The position numbers and the translations under genes were made by a program. A stretch of 63,216 nucleotides of DNA, counting the filler, from Asterionella formosa (Eukaryota), in NCBI GenBank assembly GCA_002256025.1. It is 19 parts of 19 records of this genome, joined end to end, with 100 filler letters (N's around TTAATTAATTAA, not from the genome) between each part and the next. Parts side by side here need not be neighbours in the genome. Positions count along the whole stretch, not along the records: positions 1 to 20,138 come from NKIB01003441.1; 18 more parts are not named here. One strand, given 5' to 3'. How positions within the stretch are numbered: position 1 is the stretch's first letter; each line of letters begins with the position of its first letter. Below the pieces are notes generated by a model. That model was not told the origin of the DNA and searched no databases. It worked only from the letters and a program-made list of their open reading frames with translations. Below, piece after piece: positions 1 to 13,015 of the stretch.

Positions 1-163
1 TAGTGTAGAGTGTTGCATACTGTGAAAGTATCAAATTTGTTCACATAACCATCGTTGTGCATCCATAAATTACATGAAAATGCGCCATTGGCGACTTCCC
101 TTCTCCTTGTCAATATTAATGTTATTAAATAATTCTTTTACTATTGTTTTGTCTACTTCGTGC

Positions 164-310
164 TTAAGGTTCCTGCATTTGAAGCCCTAGGCAAAAATAA
201 AATATTGCTTTGGGCTGCCAAAATTCTCTGGAATTAAGAATTTTAATGAGCTAATTTTGAATGACATGATTCCGGTTGAAATATTTAAGCCTGTCGAAAT
301 TGGCATGAAG
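164..310 (+). repeat. Dispersed repeat, probable DNA-transposon terminus (copy 1)
   Basis: TTAAGGTTCCTGCATTTGAA...GAATGACATGATTCC is ~145 bp similar to 17354-17500; its first ~25 bp recur at 21304; all three start at TTAA-GG. Confidence 0.6.
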
Positions 311-1721
311 ACATGAAGATTCCTTCTCAAATTTTCTAAATATTTATATATATACATTCTTCATTGCGCAACAAATGTATATATTCTCAATAGTACGATA
401 GATTAATCCCGTGGAGTTCAGCTGATACCTAGTAAAGGATGCTTGTGCTTCGCTGGTGATGGCTGATGGTGATGACTAATAATGTGTTGGTCTGTTATTG
501 CTATTCAATGCACCCAACAATTGCCATCTTCACTCATATTTCATTGGCAGTATCGTAATTAAACAAATCAGAAGGCTGAGTAATAGAAAACTCGTCGTAT
601 GTACGCCGTAAGAATTCACGGAAAGGTTTAACAGATTTTCTTGTATTTCAGCAATTTGGCAATATCAAAACGTCGAAGATGTCCTTTTCTTTGATTCTAG
701 CCTTTTGCAGTCTAGCACATTTTTCGGCACTTGCTGAACATGCGTACACTGCCTCGAAGATCCTTCATTGCTAAGGCCTCATTACTTTCTGGTGCTATAC
801 TCATTGGAGAAAGCGCCAATGCCTGTAAGTCATCATAGTGGTTCTCACCTCCATACCATGTTTACCTTGTTTTTTCTTCAAGGTGACCGAGATGTTGGTG
901 GTACGGACATGTCATCGACGGCAGCGGATATGAAAATCCAAGCGAAGAAGACGAATTCTCGTTTGGAGAGAGGTGGATTGTTCAAGCTGGCCTAGACACT
1001 AAAAGAAGAAGAACAAAGTCGCTTGAGTAGCGCTCTTGCTTTCTTTTCTTACGATGTCAGCAGTGCACCGAAAGGAACACATCTTTAGGTGGTAAAGGAT
1101 ACAACAATAACTAAAGTGCAACCAAGAAGTAAAACTTCAATTGGCTGGTCCAATTGGTGGTGAACTCAGACGAAGTTAGATGGCAAATGGCAAAGGGAAT
1201 GACAAAAATCAAAAGTATCCAAAAGAAGTAAACCATCAAGGAAAACATCGATGACATACTAGTAATCAGTTCGCTCACAACGATTTTTTTCTTCTTAGAT
1301 TGAAACAAATCGGAATTTCTGAGCTAAATAGTAATTATATATAAGAATCTTCAAGGGTTACTTCTGGTACTCCTTGCATATGATATATCCCAGCTGTCGT
1401 AGTATGTGAAATGTATGATATTGCAAATACAGCGGTACCACAGTAGGCTGTTGCATCAGCCAGGCGTGATAATGACTGTGACCATGTATAAAGATTTGAT
1501 GATACATATGTTCATACTAGTATTGGCAAGGCTATCAGGGAGTCAATATATCACCTGGTGTAGTGATATATAAGAAAGATTGAGTCTTAAAATCGGTGGT
1601 AGTAGACTCCACTAGGAACGAGGTAGTAGGATTGAAAGGACCAGAAGATGACAGATTGTAGAGGGATCCAAGGTTGTGTAGAACTTAAGTAACAAACGGT
1701 TTGGGAAGGTCAAGAAGTGTG

Positions 1722-1789
1722 GATCTTGTAGGGATCCAATATGGTAGATCTTGTAGGGATCCAATATGGTAGATCATGTAGGGATCCAA
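1722..1789. repeat. 25-bp tandem repeat, ~2.7 copies
   Basis: Unit GATCTTGTAGGGATCCAATATGGTA; a further partial copy near 1657. Confidence 0.8.
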
Positions 1790-3231
1790 GGTGGTGGAGT
1801 AGTAAGCCAGTAGACTATGTAGGAATCAAGTGGCAAACTAATGAAGTGCCGGCACCATAGACTGAGTAGTGAAACTATAGACTCCTAAGGTAATGGTAGA
1901 GAAATGCCAGTAGCAAGACCAGAGGTGCTGGCAGTAGGCTGTGTATGAATGTACAACCTGGTACCATAGACCTGCCTAATTCTTAGTAGCAGCAGCATTG
2001 TTGTGCTGTCATACCAGTACTATGCATAAAACTTGGTACACAGTCTGGTAGCATCGCTAAATCCCCACCGGCAGTATCATGGTACAGAACCACCTGATGG
2101 CTGGTAATAGTAGGTAGACTACCAGGTACACAGCCTGGTGCTGATAAGCATCATCAAATTTGTGCAGTTCTGAAAATCAAACCCATGTTTACAAAATTCT
2201 AGTGGTGTTCAGCAATTGGAAGATGGTTTGCTTATCAAGTTCAACAATCAGTGACTCTATTCATTGTTGTCAGCAGCCAGCTCCTATTGGTGATGACCTA
2301 GCTACAAGTCAAGCACCAGAGGCACCACAGTCAACGACATGGGGTTGAAGCATCACACCACTAATATTCAGTATGCTGTTTAATTAGTATAATGGTATCA
2401 TTAAAAAATGATACCTTTACCTTCGTTCGATCTATCATTGGAATGAGAAGACTAGCTATGGACTGAATCAGTTTGTTTCTTGTTCATTGCTATATTCATA
2501 TTGTGAGTTTTTCGATATATGTGTGTCTTCACTTTGAATTTGCCTTCTTTGAATGGTCCACATTCAAGGACCTTAGCTATTTCTGCCAGATAGCATGTGG
2601 GATAAATTTGAAAAGGTCATTTGAGTGGAGTCACAAGAGTGATCGACTGGGATTATGATCCTGCTCCAAGTATTATGTGGATGTAGTGTGTTTGATGTGG
2701 CTATCAAGTACCACAGAATTTCATTGGGAAAGGTGCTGATGACTTGATTGAGCTAAAAGTTGAGATGATCAAAATGGAGCTTAGTGTTAAAATAAATTAA
2801 AGCAGAAAATTAGGTTCAAGCGTTTTCTGAAGTACTATGAATAAGTACATACCAGTGATCATAAAAGCACCAGCTGAACGTGAAGCATAGACATAAATTA
2901 CTCAAGAGTACTATGTCTGTAGATAATTTAACGGAGTATCTCTAGTTGCAGAGCTACTTAAGGACGAGGACATGCCTATGCAAATACAAACAATGCAAAA
3001 TCTGTTCTTTTAAAACTATTCCTGTGTATTTCACTTGGTACTGGTACCAGTAGTGATCAGTCATGCTGGTGGACTAGATGACTTCTAATTTACCTTACCG
3101 GTATTCATAACGACATGAAAACACGCATGTCTATTCTGCACATTCTACACCAGTTATGCAGTTGTTGCCTTCTAGTACTGTTTGCATGAAATTGATGACT
3201 TTCTTTACTGTTTCTAGTTTGCAGACTACAT

Positions 3232-4347
3232 TTATAATCCTAGCTTGTTCATCTTTTTTGCCATGCTGATGATGTCAACATTGCCACCACAAAGAATAAC
3301 AGCAACAGTCTTAATTTTGGGAGCACTGTATTTGCAGTTGAATTCGTCTCCCATCGCAACTGCCACACCAACACCAGCACTTGGTTCGATGCACACCTTC
3401 AATCGCTCCCAAACCATCTTGGTTGATGTTAAGATTTCCTGCTCAGATACAGTGAATATGTCATCAACCAAATCCCTAATTATTGGCCACGTATTATTTC
3501 CAAGGGTGGTCTTTAGCCCGTCAGCAACGCTATTCAATGCGTTGTCTGGTGCGTGTTTCAGCAATTTTCCAGCTTCAAACGATCTTTTAGAGTCATCTAA
3601 TACCTCGGGTTCTGCAAGGATGATCTGAAGTGTTCAATTATGACTAAGTTTCCAATTCTTGGTCAAATTCTTTCACGAAGTGCTGACAAAATCGCTTACC
3701 TTGACATTGCCGCCAAGCATCCCTCTCAATACAATCGCGTTCCCAGCTGCTAGCCCCCCACCTCCAACTGGAATAATAACAGCATCCAGATTCTCATAAC
3801 CTAGTTCCTGAAGTTGCTCGATCAATTCCAAGCTGACCGTTCCTTGGCCAGCAATCACCCTGGGGTCTTCACTTGGATGGATGAAACTGGCTCCGGTCTC
3901 CCTTACAATCCTGTCGGCTTCCTCTTCTCTAGCTTCATTCGTATTATCCACCAGAATAACTCTAGCGCCATATCCTTGAACGGCCGCCTGTTTTATGGAT
4001 GGTGCATTTCTTGGCATGACAATGGTGGCATCCACATTCCGTTCGACTGTTGACGACATTTTTGCAGCAAGGGCCAGGGCCTGCGCGTGATTTCCCGATG
4101 AATGAGTGACGACCAGTAGAGGTCCGGACGATGAGGCGAGTTCAGTTTTGACGGCATTCGTAGCTCCCCGGAACTTGAACGATCCAGTCCGTTGCATAGC
4201 TTCCGCCTTGAAGAACAACGTTTTGTCGTGGACATTGAAAGAAGCCGATGTGAGTAGCGGTGTTCTGTGAGTAATTCCTTTTATATGCTGTGCTGCTTCC
4301 TTGACATCGTCCAAGGTAATGCAGTACTTTGTTTCCGCCTCCGCCAT
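3232..4347 (-). CDS. Serine racemase / threonine dehydratase-like PLP enzyme, 2 exons (4347-3700, 3624-3232), ~346 aa
   Basis: PLP lysine motif TGSFKFRGA, SSGNHAQA, PVGGGGL, VADGL, IEPSAG, LCGGNVD; 75-bp GTAAG..CAG intron 3699-3625 joins the two ORFs in frame. Confidence 0.9.
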
Positions 4348-4814
4348 GATTGACTAAGATACCACGTAGTGAGGGAGGGTGGCAGATTGGATTGGTCACG
4401 CAAGCGAGGCCGGTAATGATAAAAGACAACCATCAAGCAGAGGAACTACAAATGATGTACAATAGCTACCAGTACCGGTACGCACGTTGCTATACAGCAT
4501 AAGGACGAGCTATTTTCTAGTTATAAATCGTGCGGGCGCGCATTAAATAAATGGATGTATGTATTTATGACATGGCATTCCATTTTTTATTAGACTGCCG
4601 GTACTGGGCTACAATTTACAAATAAACTGTATATATGATTAGGAGTCAATCATCTTAAAATACCGGTACATTCATGGTGCGTGTTATAATTCCCTACAAT
4701 CACTCCAAGGCACTGCCTGTCGCCATTGCTGCTCCGCCCTTTGCGCTGCTCGCTGTCACCAGCTCTACAGTATCGGTAACCTAAAGCCTTACCTTACATT
4801 AGCACTGCAACAGT

Positions 4815-6620
4815 ATGGACTTGGTTGAAGGATCTGACGATTCCGAAACGGACCTTAAAGCAGCCCCGATCGCGAGGAAAGCAGATCGGCGGTTTCTGAA
4901 TGCAGCGCCCACCCCTTCTGTGCTAGCTGGACGATCATCAACAGAGTTGGCAGTGCACTCGTCATCGAAGCCAAAGGTGGGGGCCGTCATACTTATGAAC
5001 AATCCAACCAAAGCTGTCCTCTACCAACCTCTCCAAGGACCTCAAGCGATGGACCCCAGGAAAAAGTCGACAGACAAGCCAGGTGACATGCAAGCGAACG
5101 TTCACTTTGATGAAACGACCTTCCATGAACAACGCACGGCCTTTCAAAGAAGTGGACAAGCCTTAGCTCCGAACGAAACTGGAACGATAGTCACACGAAC
5201 GACGTTGGGTTATACTTCCAAACGGCTCGAGCTTCTCACGGGGCAAGAACTGAAACGCAGCAAGCGACCTAGATTTGAAGACGACAAGGGACCAATCACG
5301 CTTGTAGAAAATGATGACGATGAAGCGACATATGGTATCTGGGGACCTCCGGGTAAAGAAGAGCTATATCAGCAAGAAAATGCAATGTCGGAGTTGGCTA
5401 GGGGAGGGGAGGAATCATTGGCACCAGAGCAGCTAGCTGAACGCCAGTACATTGCAGATCGCGACAAGCAAAAAGGCGCGATCGAGGAGCTACTAGAAGA
5501 ACGACAGGATTTTGATCGCATGGTAGAACGAAAAATGTCGCATTTGCTGCCTCCGAGACTGCAAGGGGCCGAAGAGATATTTCAAGCGTCCTCAACCTTT
5601 CACGGCAAGGAAGCTTTGGATTTCAAGGGACAGTCTTGGATGGCTCCGCCAGCGGGGTTAGGATCGGCAGTCAATGAAGATTTAGAAATGGATCATCACA
5701 AGTGTTTTATTCCGAAAAAGTGCATTCATCGATTTACGGGGCACAACAAGGGCGTACACAGGATTCGATTATTTCCAAGAACTGGTCATTTACTTTTGTC
5801 TGCTGGATTAGACGGCAAATGCAAAGTCTGGTCGGTCGAAGCTAGGCAGATTATGCGAACCTATGTAGGACATTCAGCTGCGGTTCGTGATGTGCAATTC
5901 AACCACAACGGAACCAAATTTGTGTCAGCCTCCTTCGATCGGTACTTGCGCTTGTGGAACACTGAAACGGGGGATGTTTTGCAGACTTTTACTAATCGCG
6001 CAGTCCCATACGTTGTGAAGTTTTACCCTCATGACGACAACTTCTTCGTGGTGGGGTGTTCCAACAACAAGATTGTCACGTATAATGCGACTACAGCGGA
6101 AGTTACACAAGAATATTCGCACCATCTCGCACCTGTCAATGCCATTATTTTTGTCGAAGACCATGGGACCAAGATGGTCACTACGAGTGACGACAAGAAG
6201 GTGCTTGTTTGGGAATGGGACATTGGCGTCCCAATCAAGTACATTTCGGACCCAACTATGCATTCCATGCCAGTTTTGACATTGCATCCTGCGAAACAAT
6301 TCTTTGTCGCGCAATCACTCGACAATACCATATGTGTCTTTCAAGCCCATGATCGATTTGCTTTGCAACGAAAGAAAAAATTCAGTGGGCACATAGTTTC
6401 GGGTTATGCGTGTGATATTTGCTTCAGTCCTGATGGACAATTCCTAGTCAGTGGAGACGGTAATGGCAAAGTTTGTTTTTGGGATTTCAAGCGAGCCCGT
6501 TTGCTACAAAAGTTCAAGGCACACGATAAGGGTCCAGCCATTGGATGCGTGTGGCATCCACTGGACCCCAGTATGATGTTCACATGTGGATGGGACGGAG
6601 TCATCAAAATGTGGCAATAG
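4815..6620 (+). CDS. CDC40: Pre-mRNA-processing factor 17 (WD40 splicing factor)
   Basis: C-terminal WD40 propeller with PRP17-typical CFIPKKCIH..GH.KGV, GHLLLSA, QEY.HHL, PIKYISDPTMHSMP, GHIVSGYAC, TCGWDG.IK.W. Confidence 0.93.
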   Translation: MDLVEGSDDSETDLKAAPIARKADRRFLNAAPTPSVLAGRSSTELAVHSSSKPKVGAVILMNNPTKAVLYQPLQGPQAMDPRKKSTDKPGDMQANVHFDETTFHEQRTAFQRSGQALAPNETGTIVTRTTLGYTSKRLELLTGQELKRSKRPRFEDDKGPITLVENDDDEATYGIWGPPGKEELYQQENAMSELARGGEESLAPEQLAERQYIADRDKQKGAIEELLEERQDFDRMVERKMSHLLPPRLQGAEEIFQASSTFHGKEALDFKGQSWMAPPAGLGSAVNEDLEMDHHKCFIPKKCIHRFTGHNKGVHRIRLFPRTGHLLLSAGLDGKCKVWSVEARQIMRTYVGHSAAVRDVQFNHNGTKFVSASFDRYLRLWNTETGDVLQTFTNRAVPYVVKFYPHDDNFFVVGCSNNKIVTYNATTAEVTQEYSHHLAPVNAIIFVEDHGTKMVTTSDDKKVLVWEWDIGVPIKYISDPTMHSMPVLTLHPAKQFFVAQSLDNTICVFQAHDRFALQRKKKFSGHIVSGYACDICFSPDGQFLVSGDGNGKVCFWDFKRARLLQKFKAHDKGPAIGCVWHPLDPSMMFTCGWDGVIKMWQ

Positions 6621-6655
6621 GTTATTATGATTAATGCAAGTGATAACTGCTCTTG

Positions 6656-7714
6656 TTATCGTCGCTTATAGATGCAAGGCTTGGCCGACCACTCCAATTT
6701 GTCGTCTGGCTTTTTTTGGTTCTTTTTGCACTCGATTAGAACAAACATTGTGTTCTTCTTGTCAATCTTATTGGAGCTGAACCCTAGTTTTTCAAGAATC
6801 TCAATAAAATCGTTCAGTTCATCAGTTTTTGCCTTCGATTCAAACCGAGATCGGACCTCAGCAATCTTGAGTGTCCCCTTGTCCTTCAATACACGGTGAG
6901 CCTCTCGAATAAAGTCCGCCAGATTCGTTCCCATGAGCGACAAACAAAATACTGCCACATCCACCGTCTTGGCCTTCAACGGAACATTAGCCATGTCACA
7001 GGCAGTCACCAGATCGCAAGATGCCACCAAGTCGAAAGATTCGATTTTAAAGGGACACTTGCCCTTGTGATTGACGCCGATGAGTTTCTTAGCAAGCTCT
7101 GCATCTCCACAACCGAAGTCAGCGACTATGCACTCATCATGTTTTTGAAAGTTGGAGGACAGCCACTTGACAATGACATTGACAGGATTGACAGGCCACT
7201 GCTCCACTTGCGTTCGAAAGCCTTCATGATATTGATCGTAAAGCTCTGGTTTCGAAGAAAAACGACTAAAGGCATCCTTCGAAGTAGTCGTGTAGAGGTC
7301 TTCGTTGAGCTCGCGAAAGCGAGCACCAGACAATCGAGAGACGAAAGACTGTTGTAGTGCCGACTTCTGACCCTTGATTTGAAGCTCAGGCGACACAGAT
7401 TCCTGCACGATTGAGTCCACCTTATTGGTGGGATTCTCGGCGCTCTGTTCTCTCTTATCTTTTTTATTTTCTATTCTTTGCTTTCTTTTTGAGACCTCTC
7501 CTTTTCCGGCAGATTCTACGTCTCCCGCGACGTTGGACCCCTTCGCTTCTTTCGCCTTTATGGTTCGCATTCGCTTCTTTTTGCTCTTGCTCCAAGCATC
7601 GCTTGACGCTTCTCTCTTTTCACCGTGAATCCTCTTGAAAGTGGGACGTGTGACTTCCTTCTTTGGTGCTTTCTCAACTTTGGAAGAGGCATCTGAAAGC
7701 TTGCGTTTCGCCAT
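6656..7714 (-). CDS. RRP8: rRNA-processing protein 8 (25S rRNA m1A methyltransferase)
   Basis: LSGARFRELNEDLYT, YHEGFRTQV..WP.NP, ADFGCGDA, FCLSLMGTN, C-terminal KPCIYKRR; start placed at MAKRK (7714). Confidence 0.93.
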   Translation of the reverse strand: MAKRKLSDASSKVEKAPKKEVTRPTFKRIHGEKREASSDAWSKSKKKRMRTIKAKEAKGSNVAGDVESAGKGEVSKRKQRIENKKDKREQSAENPTNKVDSIVQESVSPELQIKGQKSALQQSFVSRLSGARFRELNEDLYTTTSKDAFSRFSSKPELYDQYHEGFRTQVEQWPVNPVNVIVKWLSSNFQKHDECIVADFGCGDAELAKKLIGVNHKGKCPFKIESFDLVASCDLVTACDMANVPLKAKTVDVAVFCLSLMGTNLADFIREAHRVLKDKGTLKIAEVRSRFESKAKTDELNDFIEILEKLGFSSNKIDKKNTMFVLIECKKNQKKPDDKLEWSAKPCIYKRR

Positions 7715-7793
7715 TTTGTTTGGTTCTGGTGGAGGACAAATCTCACAAATGGTACGGTTGTTTTTTGTAATGGCTTTTGATGCATTCAATTTA

Positions 7794-10700
7794 TGTTAGA
7801 ATGTATCATATATTGATCCCGGTATATATTATAAACTATATATATCTAAATATTATTCATTGGATCGAAAAGTTGGGCGGAAGATATGATTGGTTGGTGG
7901 GGCCCTTTGTCAATCCCTGGGTACGACATGCCACGCAAGCGCCATACAGACAGTACCAGCGTAGCCACCAGATCCAATACATACCAGCATTGTGATAATC
8001 ATGCGCTGACCACAGATACAGAATAGTCATAATATTGTAGCTCACCTTTGTTAATGACAAGGTTCCCTTCAACAGAGCTACAATATCTGTTCACCCCCCT
8101 TTGTCGCTCTTGACGTTGTGGCCCCTTTTCATTGCCATCTCATGCATGTGCCTCCTTCGTCACTCTTGACATTGTGACTCAAAAAGAACTTGCTGTGCAT
8201 CCCTCCTGTTCCGTTTTCCTTCACCATGACTTTTTCCTCCACTGCACCTGTTTTCCCCTTTCCTCATCCCCTCCTCGCGCCAATGGATGGAAAGCCTGCG
8301 ATTTTCACTGTGGCTCAACTCCGCAAGGAGGTGTATGCCAATGCACGCTCCGTCGACTGCACTGGTGGAGGCAGAGCCAACGGTTTCCTGGGTATTGTCA
8401 TGCCTGCCGCACAGTATCTTCTTCGCGCTGGCGAGGTTTTTGATCTTCCAGTGCATCCTGGAACTCAACCATCCCATCTGGCAACCGCCACTCAGGCGCA
8501 AATCACTGCTGCTAACCGGCAATATGATTGTTTGATAACACGCCACTTTTCGCCGATATGCCCAGGTTACTGAGGCATTGCGTCAACAAATTCTCACAGC
8601 TGTCGATTCTACATATTACAATGTGCTTGAGGAAGATACATTTGGATATGCAAATGTCACCATTCTTCGGTTGCTTAATCATTTAGAAAACAATTATGCT
8701 ACATTGACAGCTGATGATTTGGAATTGAATTGCATGCATTTATCTACTACATGGGATCCCGAGGAGCCAATCGAAAATCTGTGGGTTTGAATCAAATACA
8801 TCTGTGCTGTGGTCAATGCAGGTGGTGAAACTCTCTCTCAAAGCACCGTTATGAGGCTTACTTTGTCTGCCCTGGAACGAACTGGCATATATTCACATAG
8901 TATCCGCATGTGGCGTGATCGCCCTGACCTGGAACACACCACATTGAGCACTTTTCGTTCCCATTTTGTTCATGGGAACAAAGAACGCCTTCGTCTTCTC
9001 ACTGCTTCCACAGCTGGTTATCGTGGCACCCATGATGCCTTCCAGACTCATGATTCCACACCTACTACCAGTATTGTGGCGGCTACTCAAGTGATTCCTT
9101 CTGTCCATAATTCTTTCTCTTGCAACAGTCTACAATTGGGATATTGCTGGACACACAGCAGTCTAACCAAAAAGCACAAACATACCAGTGCAACATGCGC
9201 ACATCCTGCTCCTGGCCATCATACCCATGCCGCATTAGACAAACGTCTGGGTGGTAGTGCCAGAATGTTCAGCGATGTCACCAAACCTTCTTGCACCATT
9301 CGTGCGCCAACCAATACAACTTCTCCCAGCACCCCACCTTCCAATGTGTAACCCCAAGGGGAGCAAGTCGTAGCGGATAACACTATTAATGCTAGCTTAT
9401 CTGTTATGCCGGCTTGTCCCCCCATCACTCTAATTGCCGATTCTGGTAATTCTGGAAATTTTGCCACCTTTGACCTACCTGTGCTAAACAAATGCCCCAC
9501 TACACAACCCATCACAATTCAACTCCCAAATGGCGACCAGGTCTTCTCCACTCATGAGGCTGAACTTGATCTTCCTGTGCTTCTCCCTGATGCAAGACAT
9601 GTGCATCTAGTTCTTGGTTTCCATAATTGCTCATTACTTTCCATTGGAGAATTGTGCAATGCTGGCTGGTTATGATGTCCACTTCACCCGAACGCACATA
9701 CATGCCTTGTTAGATGGACGTTGTATCTTACAAGGCCACCGATTTACCACCACAAAACTGTGGCATGTCCCGTCCACTACTGGCACAGCCACGCCTACTA
9801 GCCCGCGCGCCCTCATATCCCATACATTCTGCTGCCACCGTGATTGGAACTCATAAAGCGGCTGACTTAGTTGCTTTTGCCCATGCAACCATATTCTCTC
9901 CTGCCCTTTCGACCTTGTTGTAAAAGGCTCTATCCAACAGCTTTTAAACAAATTTCCCTGGCCTTACATTGAATATGCTCCGTAAGCATCCACCCCACTC
10001 CATTGCAACCATCAAAGGGCAGCTTGACCAAACTCACCAAAATCAGCGGTCAACAAAAATTATAGCAGCTCCCATTCCCTGGGAATGGGAGCTTCCATCC
10101 CATCCCCTGACAACAATGAATGCACTACCAACATGCACCCTTTGGGCATTGATACTACTACTAACATGTGTTTCGCTGCAGTCATCACCACCCCAACTGG
10201 CCAAATCTGATCAAACTGGAAAATTCATCCTGCCGTCCAGCACTGGCAACAATTATGTCATCATTATTTATGATTATGACAGTAATTTTAATTTTGCCCA
10301 GCCTTTTTGTAATTGTACAGCTGCCTGCCTTCTTGCCGCCTTCAAACACCTCCATATCCGCCTTTGTCAAGCAGGCCTTCGCCAAAAATTGCAAAGATTG
10401 GACAATGGATGTTCTACCCTCCTCAAAGAGTTGTTACTTGATGTCGAATCCATTGATTTTCAATTAGTTCCTCCGGCAGTTCACCATCGAAATGCCGCCA
10501 AGCATGCCATAAAGACTTTTCATAATCATTTCATTGCTGGGCTTTGTGGTGTTGACAAGGATTTTCCCCTCCACTTATGGGATCAGTTAATAAGCCAAGC
10601 TGAACTTACATTAAACTTACTCCGTGCTTCCCGCATTAATCGCAAATTATCTGCATGGGCACAGGTCCATGGCATCTTTGATGACAATCGCTGTCCATTG

Positions 10701-11505
10701 GCGCCACCAGGCTGTTGTGTTCTTGTGCACGAAAACCACAAAATCGCACCACCTGGTCCCCACATGCTCTAGACAGATGGTATGTTGGCCCGGCATTGGA
10801 TTCATATTGGTGTTACTGTATATGGATGTGGGACACTTGCACCACATGCATCTGTGACACCGTGTCATCATGGTTCCCCACCAAGGTTGTACTTTCTACC
10901 AATTCTTCGACTGATCTCATTGCAACAAGTTTGCAGGACATTGCCCATGCCTTAAATCATCCAACATCCCCCTCCCCAGTCACCCCCCTTACTACCACCC
11001 AAAAAGCTGCCCTACAGCAGATCATCGAAATTCTTTCTACCGTTCTTCCGCCCATCTCTCCCACTATTCAGCCACATCCTGTCCCTCCCCCCCCCATGCA
11101 ACATCACTGAGGGTGGCCATCACCCCTGGCACAACCACTGAACAGCATAAAGTGGTTCTCAATGATGACAACCCCATGCACTCCTTGGACTCAACCTGTA
11201 CAGATCCACTGAGGATGATGCCCCTACAAATAGGCACTGTCATTCCTATGGATCTACCTGAACAGGCCACTCCCCCATGTGTGTCTTATCGTGATGCTGT
11301 TGCACACAGTCGAGGCCATTCACCACCAGCTCACCCCATTGTGGCCACATATGCAACAGTCACTGGCCGTCAAGGTTGTCGCAACCGTCAAAAGCAACGC
11401 CATGCCACCCAGCTAGGCATTAGCTGTACCACTTGTTATTCCACAAAACAGTCGCATACAACTCCCCCCTACACAAGAAGCTGCTCTGGTGGCACAACTT
11501 GTTAG
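7794..11505 (+). mobile_element. Degenerate diatom-type (CoDi-like) Ty1/Copia retrotransposon: putative 5' LTR, gag, protease, integrase; no RT/RNaseH seen
   Basis: Frameshifted ORFs: gag (GGGRANGFLGIV, YCWTH zinc-knuckle-like), protease IADSG, pre-integrase HATIFSP, integrase DQTGKF..YDYDSN..RLDN..NAAKHAI..LHLWD; LTR-like end TTCAACA at 8074; LTR start (TGTTAG 7794) uncertain. Confidence 0.85.
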
Positions 11506-13015
11506 TGACCCCCTCCCCCCTTCCCCTGACATTGCATTCTGTTTCCATGGCACCTTTAGGGATCTGCATGGCTCAGGTTTTACTGTTATTGGAATGCCTT
11601 TTTCGCTGTACAGTATTACAAATTTATTGCCATGAGTGAATGACAAACTCAAACGATTATTTTGTCAATTATGCGAAGTTTGAATGTGACAAAGCTAGAG
11701 TCTGTGCTTCACTTAAATTGATCCTTACATGGAGAGAGGATGGATTGTATGACGAAGCCAAGGGATTGTATCCTTTTGACACCGAAAAACTTGCTCCTGA
11801 CATTGCATTTCAGCTTGGACCCTTTGACAACATTTGACCTAGAAATTTCTGGCAGACAGTTGACATTGTGGTGTTGTTGAGAAATGAGCTGCGAAGGGTG
11901 CAAGGATGAAGAGATGATGGTAAGGGCTTCGTCATTGTAGGACAATGTCGAAAATGGGGTTGCACTGCTCGAAAAACAAGCTCGAATTGACATAGTGCTG
12001 CCTAGAAATCTTGATATCATTTATTGCAACGGATACTAGTTAGACTCCTAAAGTAATGATACAATAATACTCCACTACAAGGAATAGCTTTGTCATTTTT
12101 TAGTTCACTAAAAAACTTCACTCTTTCGGTTTTTACTGTGTTCTAACTTACACAACTACACTTGCGCTCCTTCCAGACAAAATCATGATATTTCTTCATC
12201 ATCAGAGTCAAAATCTTCACGAATGACATGGCTGAAAACGGACGAAGTACTTGTTCCAGAGCCACATTTGTTCCATTTTGGGGGGCGTTCAAATTGCAAT
12301 GTTGGTATGGGAGAGATCAATTACGGGCGCAAAGGAAGCAGCATCATTAGAATGTCAACATAGATTCATGTCAATGTCTTCTAGAGTACCTGGTTATGAC
12401 ATTGTTGGATGGTGCATCAGCAAAGAACGCAGACAAGCGACACCCTGGATTGAGTGCACTCAGCTGAACTGATGGTTGCACTCTGTTTCATGTTATAGCC
12501 ACCATGTTAGGAAGGAAGAGTGGCTGGTTGTTGTAAGTAGCCGACATTGATAACTGTTCACTGAAATATTATGATGATGCTAAAAATTATATTATTTATA
12601 TCATATACTGTACATGATTTATATACCAGTATCATAATCACCACACACAGACCACCAGCACAAGATGCCAGCCCAGCAAACAGCACTGAAAACCCACCCT
12701 CAACGAAATTTTGATTGGCTACACTAATAGCACATCATGGTTTAAAGCTATATCGAGATTCTGAGCTCCATTTTGCAGATAAAAAATGTCTCTTTTCCGG
12801 GTTTTCAATCAAAAAAGATGCTTGGATAGATTTCAACATCATATCCCTGGGTTTGCTTATCAGTAAGTGCTAAGCAACTCTTCATTCTTAGTTCATAGAA
12901 ATACTTTTAGCTCACTGTGTTCTCAAAGACGGAATCAGTTAAAACATTTTTGTAAGAGCAATCCATATCACCTTGAAGTGACATTAGCTTTTTGACACAG
13001 GTGCATGTTCAATTC

